In this document: positions 36,933 through 49,934 of the stretch, piece by piece | How the letters are laid out: every line of letters starts with the position of its first letter | Position numbering within the stretch: the first letter of the stretch is position 1 | DNA from: Felis catus | Lineage: Eukaryota | Length of the DNA: 64,000 nt | NCBI RefSeq assembly: GCF_018350175.1 | Contig: NC_058368.1 | Location: forward strand, 30,506,001-30,570,000 | Reading direction: 5' to 3' | Translations under genes and position numbers: made by a program | The notes under the pieces: generated by a model | Told to the model about the DNA's origin: nothing | The model's database searches: none | What the model saw: only the letters and a program-made list of their open reading frames with translations

Positions 36933-39900
36933 ACGAAACTCACGTAATGAAGTTATCGTGCCGCTTTGTAACGAGGGCCCTGAGGTATCAAGAGGTTGAG
37001 ACGCTTTTCATAGGCAGACCAGCTAGAAGGTAGTAGGTGCAGGAATTGGTCTTGACTCTCACCTCAAAGTTGGCACTTGCCAGAATGTTCTACAAAGTAT
37101 TCCTCAAAGCATCTTCATGCCCTTTCTTCATTGTCTAGAGCCAGTCGGTATAAGGCGTTATGCCTGCATTCTTATTCACATTCAATTCTACACCAGTTCT
37201 AGCTAGAACAGAAATTTACTTTTTTAATATTATTGTCTGGGGGAGGAGGACTGTTTCCATTATCAGATGGTGTCTTGCACCTGTATCAGGTTCACAGAGG
37301 ATGAGACCAGGCCAGCGGCTTATCCATGATGATACTGGTTTTCCTTAACCATGTTGCCCAGAGAAGTTGAGAGTCTAGGATTGTTCCCATCGTGGAGGTT
37401 AGAAGAAATATCTCATGGGGATGGTGTGAAGGCAGGCCTAAAATAGCCCCACAGGGTCTTTGCATCATGTGAAGGGCAAAAAAGGATGATTCACATTCAC
37501 CCAGGAGCAGAATGGATAGGGCCCAGAGAGTCAGCAGACCTTGGCTGCCCAGGCCTGGGTGTTAAATCCTTGCCCATATAGGTTTCTAGTCGATGACCGA
37601 AAGGAATAGCCATGTCTTAGTGAATACCGACTCTGAGGGCTGATCTACCAGGGCCTGGGCACTTCCTCCCTCTCTCTTAGGCTTTCTCACCACAGAAACG
37701 TCTTTCCGATCTTAGCCGAAACTCTACCTAATGGACAGAGATTAAATATCTGGCACTAGTGAAATTGAGTCCTTTCTCTATATTTTTAGTAAAAATTCAG
37801 CTTAGTTTTGGAAAAACACAGTTCCACTGCTTGCGTACTTAAATTTACAGACTTAAGATTTATAGGCCTCTGGCTGCTGTGGCCTCTTGGGAGATAGTCA
37901 TTCCAATTCTCCCAACTGTCCTTCCTCCTGACTTTTTCTCCTCGTGGAGCGTGATTGCTCAAGTTGAGCTTTACAGGAAGATCTCAACCCCTTGCTTAAA
38001 CTCCGTATCACCGTCTATAAAGTGAGAATAATATACATCACAGTCATTGTAAAGATTAGAAGTCCTTTATGTAATGTGCCTATCCCATAGAGTTGAGACA
38101 TCATAGACACCCAGATACTGCCACTGTTATTACCACTCCCACTACAACTAATGACAGCAACCATAAAAATAATAACGGCAACAAGACGAGTTCTAAAGCA
38201 TGATCATTTGAAATTAGCAAGCTGGTATATTCCGCATCCATATTTACATCATCAATGTTATATTTTTGAGGGTATCGAGGTTAATATATGTACCGAGGAC
38301 ACGACGTAAACGTGAGAATCTAGGACACACAACGTCTTCTCTTCAGTGTTGGTTTCCTTCCTTTATGCAGAGAGCCTATCTTCTTCCCTGAAAGGATGTG
38401 TTTCTCTTGTATAGACAAGCATGCAGAGAACATTTTACGTTTTTAAAGAGCACATTTCCATACGTATCAAGGAAATGAAAGCTTCTCAAGAAAATTCCTG
38501 TGAAAAGTCTAGGATTATTAAAAGAAAAGCTGTTGAAGAAAAAAAGAAACAAAGCGTTTAACCTTTTTCTTGAAAAGTTAAAGACTATACTTCACAAAAG
38601 CTTCTGCAACTTCCCATTTTATTCAAGAGCTAAAGAAACTAGCAATCCCCAAGGCTCCGAATTTAATTTCCATTGCATAGAATGCCTCTCACATCAGAAT
38701 TAATCAGGTTTCATTTCCAATGTCCCATTTCCCTTCAGGAATCCTGTGGTATAAACCTCGAAGGTAAACACAGATATTCATCTACTCACCTGGTTTGAAG
38801 AGCCAAACATTCAGGGACGTAAATCATTGGAGGTGACTGGTAGGCACTGATTGGGGCACAATTCATCTTCTCTGTCCAAGTGCATAGAGTTCCCTTCAGC
38901 CTCTCCTCCTGCTCACAAGATCAAATGCTTTACTCCGAGATACCAGGCCAAGTGAGCAGACGTTTATAATTTTTGCTGCCTCGAAGCAGACAGAACTAAT
39001 CTTGCTTTTGTTTCTTTTTTTTTTTTTTTTAAGAGAGGGGAAAAAATCAGATGTATGAAATACGGATAGCATTATCTGGGTATCTAGTTTTGCTACTTCT
39101 ATAAACCTTCATTCATGGATATTCTAGAGTTATAAGAAAAGTACTTCTGAAATTCTGAAGTAATTTCGACTGGCAGTTTGAACATCCATGGGCCAAACTT
39201 CTTTGGTTATCTCTTTGTAGAAGTGTCGGGTATCTGCAGAAGCCAAGCAAGTGTTGGCCCCAGCTGCAGGACCGTGGGGTACTTACTTGTTTGTGGAAGG
39301 ATGGGCGCTGGCGTTGAGTATCCGCAGAGGCTCAGATTTAGTCCACCTGTGAGTTTTATTTCCTGAACTTGCAGTTGTACACTGCGGGGATGCGGGATGG
39401 GGTTTCCCAGAGTGGCTTTTGTAGCAATAAAAGACTTAACGGTCGGCGTATCCCTTCTCCGTTTCTTGCTATTTCAATCCTCAGCAAACTCTGACAGTTG
39501 TTCCAGTTCAAAAAGTGGACAATGTACAGGGAGGTGCCCATTTTCAAATTTCCCTTTTAGGAAGGGTTGTAGAGAATCAGAAAGGATGAAAATGTAGCTT
39601 TGGAACCTTTTCTTCTTGCCCGTGGTAATTAGCATTCTCTCCAAATTCATTGGTCTCTGGGGGATTTGTTCTATGTGGTTTGGCTCCAAACTATATGCAG
39701 GTATTACAGGCAGAAAAGCTCAAGGGAATTTGAAATGTGCCTTCAGAGCATAATAAGTAGCTTAAACTATCTGACTTACAACATGTTTACTTAGTCCTAA
39801 AAGAGTTAGGAAGTTTTTGAAGTCAAAAATTGCTTTCCTTCAAATTTGATTGCACAGGGAGTACATTCCTTGAAATTATTCTTTTTTAGTTCCATTTGGA

Positions 39901-40170
39901 CATATGGATAGTACTTTGGGAATAATAGTATAGCTTGACCTTTAGTTTCTGACTTTTGACAAACTCAAGGAGGAAAATATCACATTTGGTTCATTGCTGG
40001 AGACGAGCAGGAGACACATCAGTTAAAGAAGTTTCTTCTGACTTTGGTAGTGTCAGATAACAGGACTCCAAACATGCATTGATGTTGCTGATTTCTCTGG
40101 ATGTTGCTGTTCCCAGGTATTCGGTCTGCAAGAATCCTTAGAGACATTAATCTGCCCCAGAAGGCAGATA

Positions 40171-40189
40171 TTTTTAAAGTTTACTTTTT

Positions 40190-40220
<31 letters not shown>

Positions 40221-40393
40221 TGTGAGAGTGGGGCAGGGACAGAGAGAGAGGGAGGGAGACAGAGAGTCCCAAGCAGGCTCTATACTGTCGGCTCTGAGTT
40301 CGATGTGGGGCTCAAACTCATGAACCACGAGATCATGACCTGAGCTGAAATCAAGAGTTGGATGCTCAACTGACTGAGCCTCCCAGACACCCC
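40171..40393 (-). mobile_element. Can-SINE
   Basis: TSD agaaggcagata at 40159-40170 and 40394-40405. Confidence 0.96.
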
Positions 40394-40589
40394 AGAAGGC
40401 AGATACTTCTGTAGAACAAGCTGGCATATATAGGAACCAGGTCTGCTCAGTAAGTATGTCTCACTAAAATGGAGCCACTGGGGAAAATGTCTTGATCCTA
40501 AAATCTCCAATAGCGGGAAGGTGTGTTTTCTATGTTCTTCTACAATACTTGTGCTAACCTCACTGAAACCTCCCTTAAAATATGGCCTT

Positions 40590-40730
40590 GAAATTGCTAG
40601 GGCACTTGCTTGTCTCCAACTGCACTGTAAGCTCCCTGACAGTGAAGACCTAGTTTTGTTCATCCAGGACACAACATTCCAATGTCTCAATGGGAATACA
40701 TATTTGAAAACTATTTGTTGGATTAATGAG
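40590..40730 (+). mobile_element. L2 LINE 3' end
   Basis: ctgtaagctccctgacagtgaagacc...ttttgttcatcc...aactatttgttggattaatga. Confidence 0.7.
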
Positions 40731-40872
40731 CCAGCCTTCTTGTGTTAAAACAAAATTTGACTATTGAATCCTGCCCACATTTTTCTTACTTATTAAAATT
40801 ATCGACAATAACAGCATTCAGTTATTTATTATGTGTCTGACACTGTGTGCTCAGCATTTACCCCGTTGTCTC

Positions 40873-41102
40873 TTTTTTTTCATTAAATTTTTTTTGAACA
40901 TTTATTTATTTTTTGGGAGACAGAGAGTGACAGAGCATGAGTGGGAGAGGGAAGAGAGAGAGAAGAAGTCACAGATTCTGAAGCAGGTCCAGGCTCTGAG
41001 CTGTCAACACAGAGCCCGATGTGGGGCTCAAACTCAGGAACCAGGAGATCATGACCTGAGCTGAAGTCGGATGCTTAACTGACTGAGCCACCCAGGTGCC
41101 CC
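40873..41102 (-). mobile_element. Can-SINE
   Basis: Full SINE with an imperfect TSD taccc(c/t)gtt(g/t)tct. Confidence 0.95.
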
Positions 41103-42032
41103 TGGGTGCCTACCCTGTTTTCTTTTGAAATCCTCACAATGCTGTGGATATTTGAACTAAAAATGGTCAAACTAATGTGGCTTTAGAATTAGAGAAAACT
41201 GACTGAAAACTTATGCTTTGTCCCTTGTTAGTTCTTTGAGCTTAGTTTTTGGGAGGCACCAGCCTCCACTTGCAGATTTAGGTCAATAATAACTTTGTCA
41301 AAGAATGTTGTGATTGAATTTATCTTTGTTTGTCACATAGCTTGTAACTTTTAGTTGTTATTTTGATGCTTAAGATCATTTTGTTCTTTGAGTCATTGAA
41401 TACTAGAAATAATTTGCCAGTTTGGAACAGAAACTAGTCTACTAGTCTCTTATTCTTAAGTTTTTCCATACATCTACCTGTTTCTTCTAATATTGGCATA
41501 ATTTAGCAGCTTTTGATTATTTTGAGTCTACTGTATACAACCCTAATTTCATAATAAGTAGTAAGTTCCCTTTCACAGAAATTCTTCGGATTGCTCTTGG
41601 TAACTCATTCTAGCAACGTTTTTGGGTTTTTTTGTTTTTTGTTTTTGTTTTTGTTGGGTTTTTTGCCAGTTTTTGATACTTCCTTGTTTCTCAGTACACT
41701 GTGAGAGAGTTTGTTTGGATAAAATATTGTTGGAAGCAATCTCAACATTATATGCCTTATCCTGACTGTCCTACCCAGGACAAGAAAAAACACACTGTGG
41801 TAGCAGAGACAAAAGAAAGAATGGATGTATGACTTGTCGGGGGGGTGCTAGCCGTAAACAATGGTGTCTGTAATGCAACCAATGCAGTCCTAGGCAACTG
41901 GTACGTTCGTACTCTGTGATCAGCTGAGGGTCAGCATGGTGGCCAGTCACCTCTTCATCTTCCCTCTGGCCCATTTATGAATGGGAAGAGTTCATTAACT
42001 ACCGTGATAAACCCCAGTCAGGTACTTTTCCT

Positions 42033-42194
42033 AGTGGAGGGGGAGGGGCAGAGAGGAGGAGAGAGAATCCCAAGCAGGCTCCATACTGTCAGCGCAGAGC
42101 CTGACATGGGGCTCTCTATCTTATGAACCCTGATTATGTCTTGAGCTGAAATCAAGAGTTGGAATCTTAACCAACTGAGCTACACAGGAGCCCC
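42033..42194 (-). mobile_element. Can-SINE lacking its 3' tail
   Basis: Head and body present. No T-rich tail and no left TSD. Confidence 0.88.
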
Positions 42195-42402
42195 AAGCCC
42201 TTAAAAATGTTTTGTTGGTGATGTTTATGTGGATTAAATACTATGAACAGCTCAAGAATAAATCAGCATTTTGGCCTAAACATTTGTGTCAACACCTCCT
42301 AGTGGACATGTTTCAAATATCAATGAACTTGAGGAAGGTAGGTGCATTGAATATTCAGAAATGACTTAAGAGTATGGAAATGTGAAAGGTCTGAGATTCT
42401 AC

Positions 42403-42874
42403 TGTGCTTTCAAGTTAACAAGTTAGTTTGCCACAGACTCATAGATGCTGGCAGAAAACATGAGACTCTTGGGTCAGAGACAGAGGACTTTATTACTCAT
42501 GATGGAACAAAGTGCATAATCTTCGTATCTCCACTGGTTCCTTATGCTTCCCAATCTCCACAGGGAAACACAGGTTGATTCAGGCAGTGTGTCTGTATCT
42601 CACTGAGAAACCCCAAGATTAGGAAACCCCAGTCTTTTTTAATAAGCCATAAGCAAACCTGTTGAACCTTTGTCACAAAAGGAGATATTATCTTTATAAT
42701 GCTGGAGAACAAACAAACCCATCTTCTCCTCTATAGAAAGATAGTTCTCAATTTCCAATAGCTCTTCTCTATAAAAATATCCTTGAAAAGCTAGTCTAGT
42801 ACAGAACTTTTCAGTGAATCTACTTGCAAAAAGTGCAGAAATACAAGAGACCCTTGGAAAATTCTCTCTCAACA
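42403..42874 (-). mobile_element. ERVL solo LTR, MER54/MER74/LTR53 group
   Basis: Minus strand begins TGTTGAGAGAGAATTTTCCAAGGGTCTCTTGTATTTCTGCAC, carries an AATAAA-like AGTAATAAAGTC and ends in CACA. Confidence 0.75.
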
Positions 42875-43575
42875 TATGAAAGCCCAAGGAGTCATCTGGC
42901 AGTGAACTGACACCGAAAAGAAGATTTGAACTTTTCTCTGTCAAGTCCAAGGGGTTAGTATCCTCTCTTTCTTTTCATTAATGTCCTGATAAAACTTTCT
43001 GTTCTGGAAAGAATCAGTGCCAAGTGTCTTTCCATTGAAAACTGAACTTATGAGATGCAATTAACCTTCACCAAATTCACCAAAACTGGCCAATTTATTG
43101 TTTCTCTGGCCAAGTTTGTGCATTTGAACTTTAAAGGTTTTGTTTTTATGGTTTATAAAATGGAGGGAAATGACAAAACCAGCTAAATCCTTGATAAGCA
43201 ACAGACAAGGGAAAACAAAAGCTCGTTGCCTAATCAATTGATCTTTCTCTTGTTTTCCAAGCCCTGCTTATTCATAGCTGTTACAGAAATCTGTAGAAGA
43301 AGACAAGGGAGGCTAAGAGTAGGTACAAAAGTGGGAAAGACACCAATGGGTTAAAAGAGAACTGAATTGTATCAGTGCAAAATGTAGTTAGAACTTCAGA
43401 GAATCAAGTAGAGAAAAGGTCAAGAGATGATATTTCTAAGAAACCAGAAGTGAACCAATGATGTGTCTTTATTACATTTCTATTTGTGAAGCATTTCTCA
43501 CTACTTCTTAATTATTTGTTTTTCACTTAGGAACTTGGTTTTATTATTTCAGCAAACTTTATATCATATTGCTGC

Positions 43576-43682
43576 TTCAAATGAGAAATATATTCATCTT
43601 AAATGCAGGCTTTGGCACAAAAGCTCATGTTTTAAACGAGAAATATATTCATTGCAATGCAGGCCTTGGCACAAAAGCTCAT
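43576..43682. repeat. Two-copy tandem duplication, unit about 55 bp
   Basis: gagaaatatattcat...aatgcaggc(t/c)ttggcacaaaagctcat occurs twice. Confidence 0.93.
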
Positions 43683-44562
43683 TATATTTGAGCCATGTCA
43701 AACGTTGACCTGAATTAGGAAAAAAAAATCTTGGGGTGATGACTTAAATTTAAGTAACCAGTTTTTCTGTGGGATTTGATAACCCCTACAAAAGCACATA
43801 AAACTCTATGTAGCTAACACCTAATTTGATATATATTAAAAAGAATAGTTATAAAGTCAACTTTGCAAGTTGGGAATCATTGTTGAAAAAATATGCATGA
43901 GTTAATATTTTAACTTTCAAAATTAGTAAGGCAGAGAGAAAACATACAGAATTAGGACCTTATATAATCTGGAATGAAAAAAACTGTCTGTGATACATAC
44001 ATTGGCAATTCCAGTGGAAGTCCCAGGTAATTTTATACCTAGGTATGAATAAACGATCTTTAATTATTTACTGGTTTATCAATCCCAAGTGAATTTTTAC
44101 ACTGCAGCTTGCTTTCACGTAGCTGTTACATACCATGTTATGTTTAATGTATTTGGAGGAGACTAGGCATCCGTAATCTCATCTACTTTTCAGTGTAGTT
44201 TTAACCAGAGTTAAATGTATATCATTTCTGATTTTGTTTTTTTCCCCAACCCTTTCTACCCTTAACCTCTCATGACTTTAAAGAAACAGAAAAAAGAACA
44301 AGAATTCCTTTATTCTTTACTTTCCTCCAGCTATATTGCATGCAGATAGCATATTGACAATTAAAAATGCCTTTAATTCTTTTCATTAAGGATGTATGTT
44401 TTCTTTTTTTTTTAATATGGCTAAATGATCACCAAAGTACTATACATTGAATAAATCATGTTGCATTTTGTATCAAAGTATATTTATGGTACCTCTAAAA
44501 GATTTTCAAATTGTGTTTTCAGGGACAAAAACAGAAGGGCTTGAAAAATGAGATTAGTTCTT

Positions 44563-44764
44563 GGGTGCCTGGGGGTGGCTCAGTCGGTTGAGCGTGTGAC
44601 TCATTATCAGCTCAGGTCATGATCTTGAGGTACTGGGATCTGGTCCTGCGCTGGGCTCCGTACTGAGTGTGGAGCTTGTTTGGGATTCTCTCCTTCTTTC
44701 TTTCCCCCTTACCACTTGCATGTGTGCATTCTCTCTATCTCTCCAAATAAATAAATAACCTTTA
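44563..44764 (+). mobile_element. Can-SINE (older type)
   Basis: TSD aaaaatgagatt(a/g)gtt on both sides. Confidence 0.94.
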
Positions 44765-45609
44765 AAAAATGAGATTGGTTTAAAAAGTTGGCGTGTAAAA
44801 CTTGAGGGCTACTAAAGGCAGTATTTAAGGTATAATCAGAAATTATTCATTGCAAATTATGCATATGAAAACTATAGCTTCAAAGGACAAAGAGCTTAGG
44901 TGAGAGCAGGCAGGCAGGTAACAAAGTGATTCCTTTCTGATTAGGAGAAAGGACGGTCATAGGGTCGTAATGAAATCTAAAGCACATGTAGGATTTGGAT
45001 AGATTTCCACTTTTGTCATGGTTTAAAAGTAAGAGAGATACAGATTCCTAAAAATACGCATAACTAGGCAGAGGTTCAGGGAAGGACATTAACTCTTCTT
45101 AGAATTAAAAATATTCATGGTTAAGATTCTCTATTTGGAGAGTAAAGACTTCAGGGGTCTTAACACCTTGTGAAATTGACAAGATAAGCTCTGAGCAGTG
45201 TAGGAAGATTCTGGCTTGGAAAAGGATTCCAGAAATTTTCAAATATAAATGTGAATTTCAGTCATTTGCAAATGTTTAAAAATACAGATTTTGATTTAGT
45301 TGCTTTAGAATGGGGTGCAAGATGCTGTTTATGGTAAGTTACAAGGTGATATCAAGGGCGTTTGTTCAAGGAGTAACTTTGAATAGATAGGGATTAGGCA
45401 GTGGTTTAAAACAAAGTTAGATAGTGTTATCCTGGTGTTTTATTATAGTTTCTCTTTAGATACACAGACGCACATGCACACACACACACAAACACACACT
45501 GTAATGTATGTTCTTATCATATACATATATATTTTTTCAGCACAAATCCTTTATCAGCATGTGTTGTCCTTCTGTTTATCTTTTCATTTTCTTAACAATG
45601 GCCTTAATT

Positions 45610-45866
45610 TTTAAATTTTTTAAATTTATTTTTATTTATTTTTATTAAAAATTTTTTTTTACATTTTTATTTATTTTTGAGAGACAGAGAGAGACAGAGC
45701 ACACATGGGGGAGGGGCAGAGAGAGAATGAGACACAGAATCTGAAGCAAGCTCCAGGCTCCGAGCTGTCAGCACAGGGCCCGATGCGGGGCTCAAACCCA
45801 CAAACTGTGAGATCACGACCTGAGCTGAAGTCGGACGCTTAACCGACCGAGCCACCCGGGTGCCCC
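45610..45866 (-). mobile_element. Can-SINE
   Basis: Full SINE with a long T-rich tail. Confidence 0.95.
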
Positions 45867-46041
45867 TATTTTTAAAATCTTTGATGAAATTCACCTTTTC
45901 ACTTATTTTCTTTTATGGCTTGTGCTCTTGGTGTCTTATCTAAATATTCTTTGCTAAAGCTCTGGTTACAAAGATTTTCTCCTGTTTTTGTCCAAAACTT
46001 TTATGATTTTAGGTTTTACTTTCAGAATGCTTTTGTGATTC

Positions 46042-46266
46042 TTTTTTTTTTTTAAATTTTTTTTAACCTTTATTTATTTTTGAGACAGAGGGAGACAGAG
46101 CATGAATAGGGGAGGGTCAGAGAGAGGGAGACACAGAATCTGAAACAGGCTCCAGGCTCTGAGCTGTCAGCACAGAGCCCGACGGCAGGGCTCGAACTCA
46201 CGGACTGAGAGATCATGACCTGAGCCGAAGTCGGATGCTTAACCGACTGAGCCACCCAGGCGCCCC
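46042..46266 (-). mobile_element. Can-SINE (young felid type)
   Basis: TSD tgtgattc(t)n at 46034 and 46268. Confidence 0.96.
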
Positions 46267-46275
46267 ATGTGATTC

Positions 46276-46600
46276 TTTTTTTTTTTAAAAATTCAAGAAT
46301 AGTTGACACACAATATTACATTAGTTTCAGGCATACAACATAGTGATTCAACTTCTTTATACGTTAAACTCACCACAAGTGTAGCTGCCATCTGTCACCA
46401 TACAACGCTATTATATATCATTGACTGTGTGGCCTATGCTGTGCCTTTTATTCGCATGACTTACTCATTCCATACCTAGAAGCCTGTACCTCCCACTCCC
46501 TTTCACATATTTTGCTCATCCCCTCACCTCCTCCCCTCTGGCAATCATCAGTTTGTTCTCCGTTTCATAGGCATGATTCTGCTTTTTTGTCCATTTGTTT
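46276..46600 (-). mobile_element. Carnivore L1 3' end (L1_Carn-like)
   Basis: tagttgacacacaatattacattagtttcaggcatacaacatagtgattcaac...ccatctgtcaccatacaacgctatta...cccctctggcaatcatcagtttgttctc. Confidence 0.85.
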
Positions 46601-47029
46601 GATTCCCTTTGAATTAAGTTTCGGAAATGATAACAATTCTATGCCTTCATCCAGGTTCATATTTTCCCCCACATGGACGTCCATTTTTTCTAGCACAATT
46701 TTGTAAACGAATATTTTTATCTATTGAATTACCTTTGCACTTTTTGTTGAAAACAGTTGATCTGAGATATGTGTGTCTGTTTCTGGATTCTATTTTATTC
46801 TATTCATCTATAATAATTATTATTCCAATCATATGGACTCCGTTACTTTATAGTAAGTCTTAAATTGGGTATTAGAAGTCTTCGAACTTTGCTGATCTTC
46901 TTAAAAGTTGTTTAGGTTCTCTACATCATTTGTTTTTACATATACATTTTAGAATTATCTTGCCATTTTCTATAAAAAAATCCCTGTTGTTTTCATTATG
47001 ATGGCATTAAAACTATAGATGAATTTTGG

Positions 47030-47650
47030 TGTAGTGAAATCTCAGTGTGGCTTTAATTTACATTTCCTTGATGACTGATGTTGTTGGATGCCTTTTCATG
47101 TGCTTTTTGCCCAGTCACATATCTTTTTTTCTGAAGTGCCTGTTCAAAATTTCCCATTTTTTACTTAGTAATTTTTCTCACATTATCGTGTTGTGAAAAT
47201 TGTAAGTTATCCTGAATACGAGGCTTTTGAAATACATACATTTTAAATAATTTTTCCAATCTATGGCCTACCTATGAGTTACATTAACAGTGTCCTTTAA
47301 AGAGCTACCTTTTGAATTTTGGTGAAGTCCCAAATATAAAGTGTTTTTAAATGGCTCATACTCATTGTTTTATATCTAAGAAATCTCAAGGTCATGAAAA
47401 TTGTTCCTCTGTATTCTTCAAAAAGATGAATGGCTTTACCATTTACAATAGTAAGCCTATTACTATTTTGGGTTGATTTTTATGTATGCATGAGGTAAGG
47501 GTCAAGAATTTTTTTCCATGTAGAATATAAATATCCATTTGTTCCATCATTATTTATTTAAAAGATCATGCTTTTCCTAAATGAATTGTGTGGACACAAT
47601 CAATTGTTCTATATATGCGTATATCTATTTCTGGACTCCCTATTTGGATT
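47030..47650 (-). mobile_element. Old L1 ORF2 C-terminal fragment
   Basis: aatctcagtgtggctttaatttacatttccttgatgactgatg...tctatttctggactccctatt. Confidence 0.82.
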
Positions 47651-47669
47651 TAAGGTTGTATTAACTTTT

Positions 47670-49934
47670 AAACAAGTAATCAAAACAATTCATCATGTTA
47701 ACAGTAAAAGAGAAGGAAACATGATCCTCTCAGTAGTTGCAGAAATATCATTAATCAAAATTCAACACTCATTTGTGATATAACTCTGAGTAAATTAGGA
47801 ATAGACAAAACCAATAAACGACATCTATAGAAAATGTACACCTAACATAATACTTAATGGTGAAAGACTGAAAAATTTCCCCCTAAAATTAGGAAAAAAC
47901 CATGATTGTTCACTTTCATCACTTTTATTCATTATTGTACTCTAAGTTCTAGTCATGTAACAAGGCAAGAAACAGAGATAAAAGGCATCTAGAATGGGAA
48001 AGAAGAAGCAAAACTGTATTTCAATGTGACATAATCATCTATGTAGCAAAGCCAACAGAATGTATAAAAATCTAGTGAATGAGTTTAGCACGTTCACAAT
48101 ATACAAGATTTAAGTGCCAAAATACTATTTCAATTAAGCAAGAAATTACCAGAAAATTTTTAAGAGTGCCATTTGTGAAGTAGGTAACAAAAGAAATAGG
48201 GATAAATTTGAGTATGTGAAAGATGTATACTCTGAAAACTAGAAAATACTGTTGAAAAAAATTAAAGAATTAGTGAATCTATGGAGGGCTATATTGTACT
48301 CATTGGTCAAAATCGTCTCTACTCTTAAGATGTCAATATTTTCCAAATAGACTTATGGATTCAATAAAATCCCATCAAAATTTCAGCTGACTTTTTAGAT
48401 AGAAATTTACAAATGAATTCTAAAATTCATATTTGAGTGCATGGAATAGGCAAAACAACATTGAAAAAGAACAAAACAGTAGGACTAATGGTACATGATT
48501 TTATGACTTACTCTAAGGCTACAGTATCCAATGAAGTCTGGTGTTCATGTCAACAGAGACAAATAAATTAACACAACAAAATGGAGAGTCCTGAAACACA
48601 GCCACGTACATATGGTCATTGATTCCTGACAAAAGGCAATTCAATAGAGAGAATTATTTTTTCCAACAAATGGAGCTATAAAAATTAAACATCTATATGC
48701 AAAAAGTTAACCTCTCCACATAACTTACACTGTGTATAAAAATAACACAGGCCTAAATGTAAATTCTCAAACTATAAATGTTTTAGGAGAAACATAGAAG
48801 AAAATCTTGTAACCTTAGGTTAAGTAAGATTTCTTAGATACACCCCTTCAAACATGATACAGTAAAGAATAAATTGATAAATCGAACCTCATTAAAATTA
48901 ATAGTTCTACTTTTCAAAAGGCAATGATAAAATAACAAAAAAAACTATAGGCATGGGAAAGTATTTGAAAATCATTTATCTGGTAAAATGACTTGTATGT
49001 CAAATATATATAAATAACATTGAAAGCCAATAATAAGAAAATAGTCCAATAAAAACGGGCAACAAATTTTAATGGCCACTTCAGCAAGAAAGAGATACAG
49101 ATGGCAAATAGAAAATATGAAAATATTTTCTACCTTGCTAGTTATTAGGGAAATGAAAGGTTAAAACCTAATGAAGTATCCCTATACCTCTCTTAAGAAT
49201 GGCTAAAAATAAAAAAAAAGCAAACAAACACCCTGACCATATAAAGTGGTGAGGGTATGAAACAACTAAAGCTCATACCCTGCTGCTGGGAATGTAAAAG
49301 ATGCAAACAGTTTGGAAAATGGTTCGATGGTTTCTTTAAAGCTGAACATTCATCCGGTGTTTGATGCACCCATTCCACTCCTAGGTATTTGTCCAAAAGA
49401 AGCGATAGCATATGTCCATATAAAGACGTGCACATAAATGTTCACAGTTGCTTTGTTTGTAATAGCTAAAGAATGGAAACAACTCAACCAACCATCAGCA
49501 GGTGAAAGGATTATCGAATTGTGGTATACTGAATTTATGAAATATTACTCAGGCATAAAATGGAATGAACTGTATACGATGAAGAGGAATCTCAGTATGA
49601 TTACTGTATTACTCAGTATGAAATGTAAAAGGGGCAGAAAAATTTACTTCCTATACGAATCCATTTCTATAAAATTCTTGTAAATGCAACTAATTAGTAT
49701 TAGCGGAAGAAAGATCCACTGCCTGGGTGGACAGGTAGGGGGCAGTGAAGAGAGGGCAGAGGAAGGGATTGCAGCATGGGGAGACACTTAGGGGCATGGA
49801 TATGCTAATTATCTTGATTGCCATCATGGTTTCATGGGTGGTGTGTACATGGTTAAATCTTACCAAATTGTTCAGTTTCATATGTGCATTGTGTGTCAAC
49901 TGTATCTCAGTAAAGCTGTTAAAAACAAAATAAA
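47670..49934 (+). mobile_element. Ancient L1 (L1MC/L1MD-like), ORF2 RT region to 3' end, decayed
   Basis: aaaattcaacactcatttgtgata...tacttaatggtgaaagactgaa...aaggcaagaaacagagataaaaggcatc, ending ctcagtaaagctgttaaaaacaaaataaa. Confidence 0.92.

Larger units (their letters stand above)
45535..47030 (-). mobile_element. Old L1 ORF2 fragment carrying nested insertions
   Basis: caaatcctttatcag...tggcttgtgctcttggtgtcttatcta...ctagcacaattttgt...tctggattctattttattc. Confidence 0.82.

Noticed and set aside
39200..39222. miR-9-like sequence TCTTTGGTTATCT
   Set aside because: It matches only the first 13 nt of miR-9-5p, and there is no miR-9-3p arm or precursor hairpin.
47030..49934. Twin-priming inversion of a single L1
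   Set aside because: The minus fragment covers the same ORF2 C-terminal region that is also present in the plus element, so they are independent insertions.
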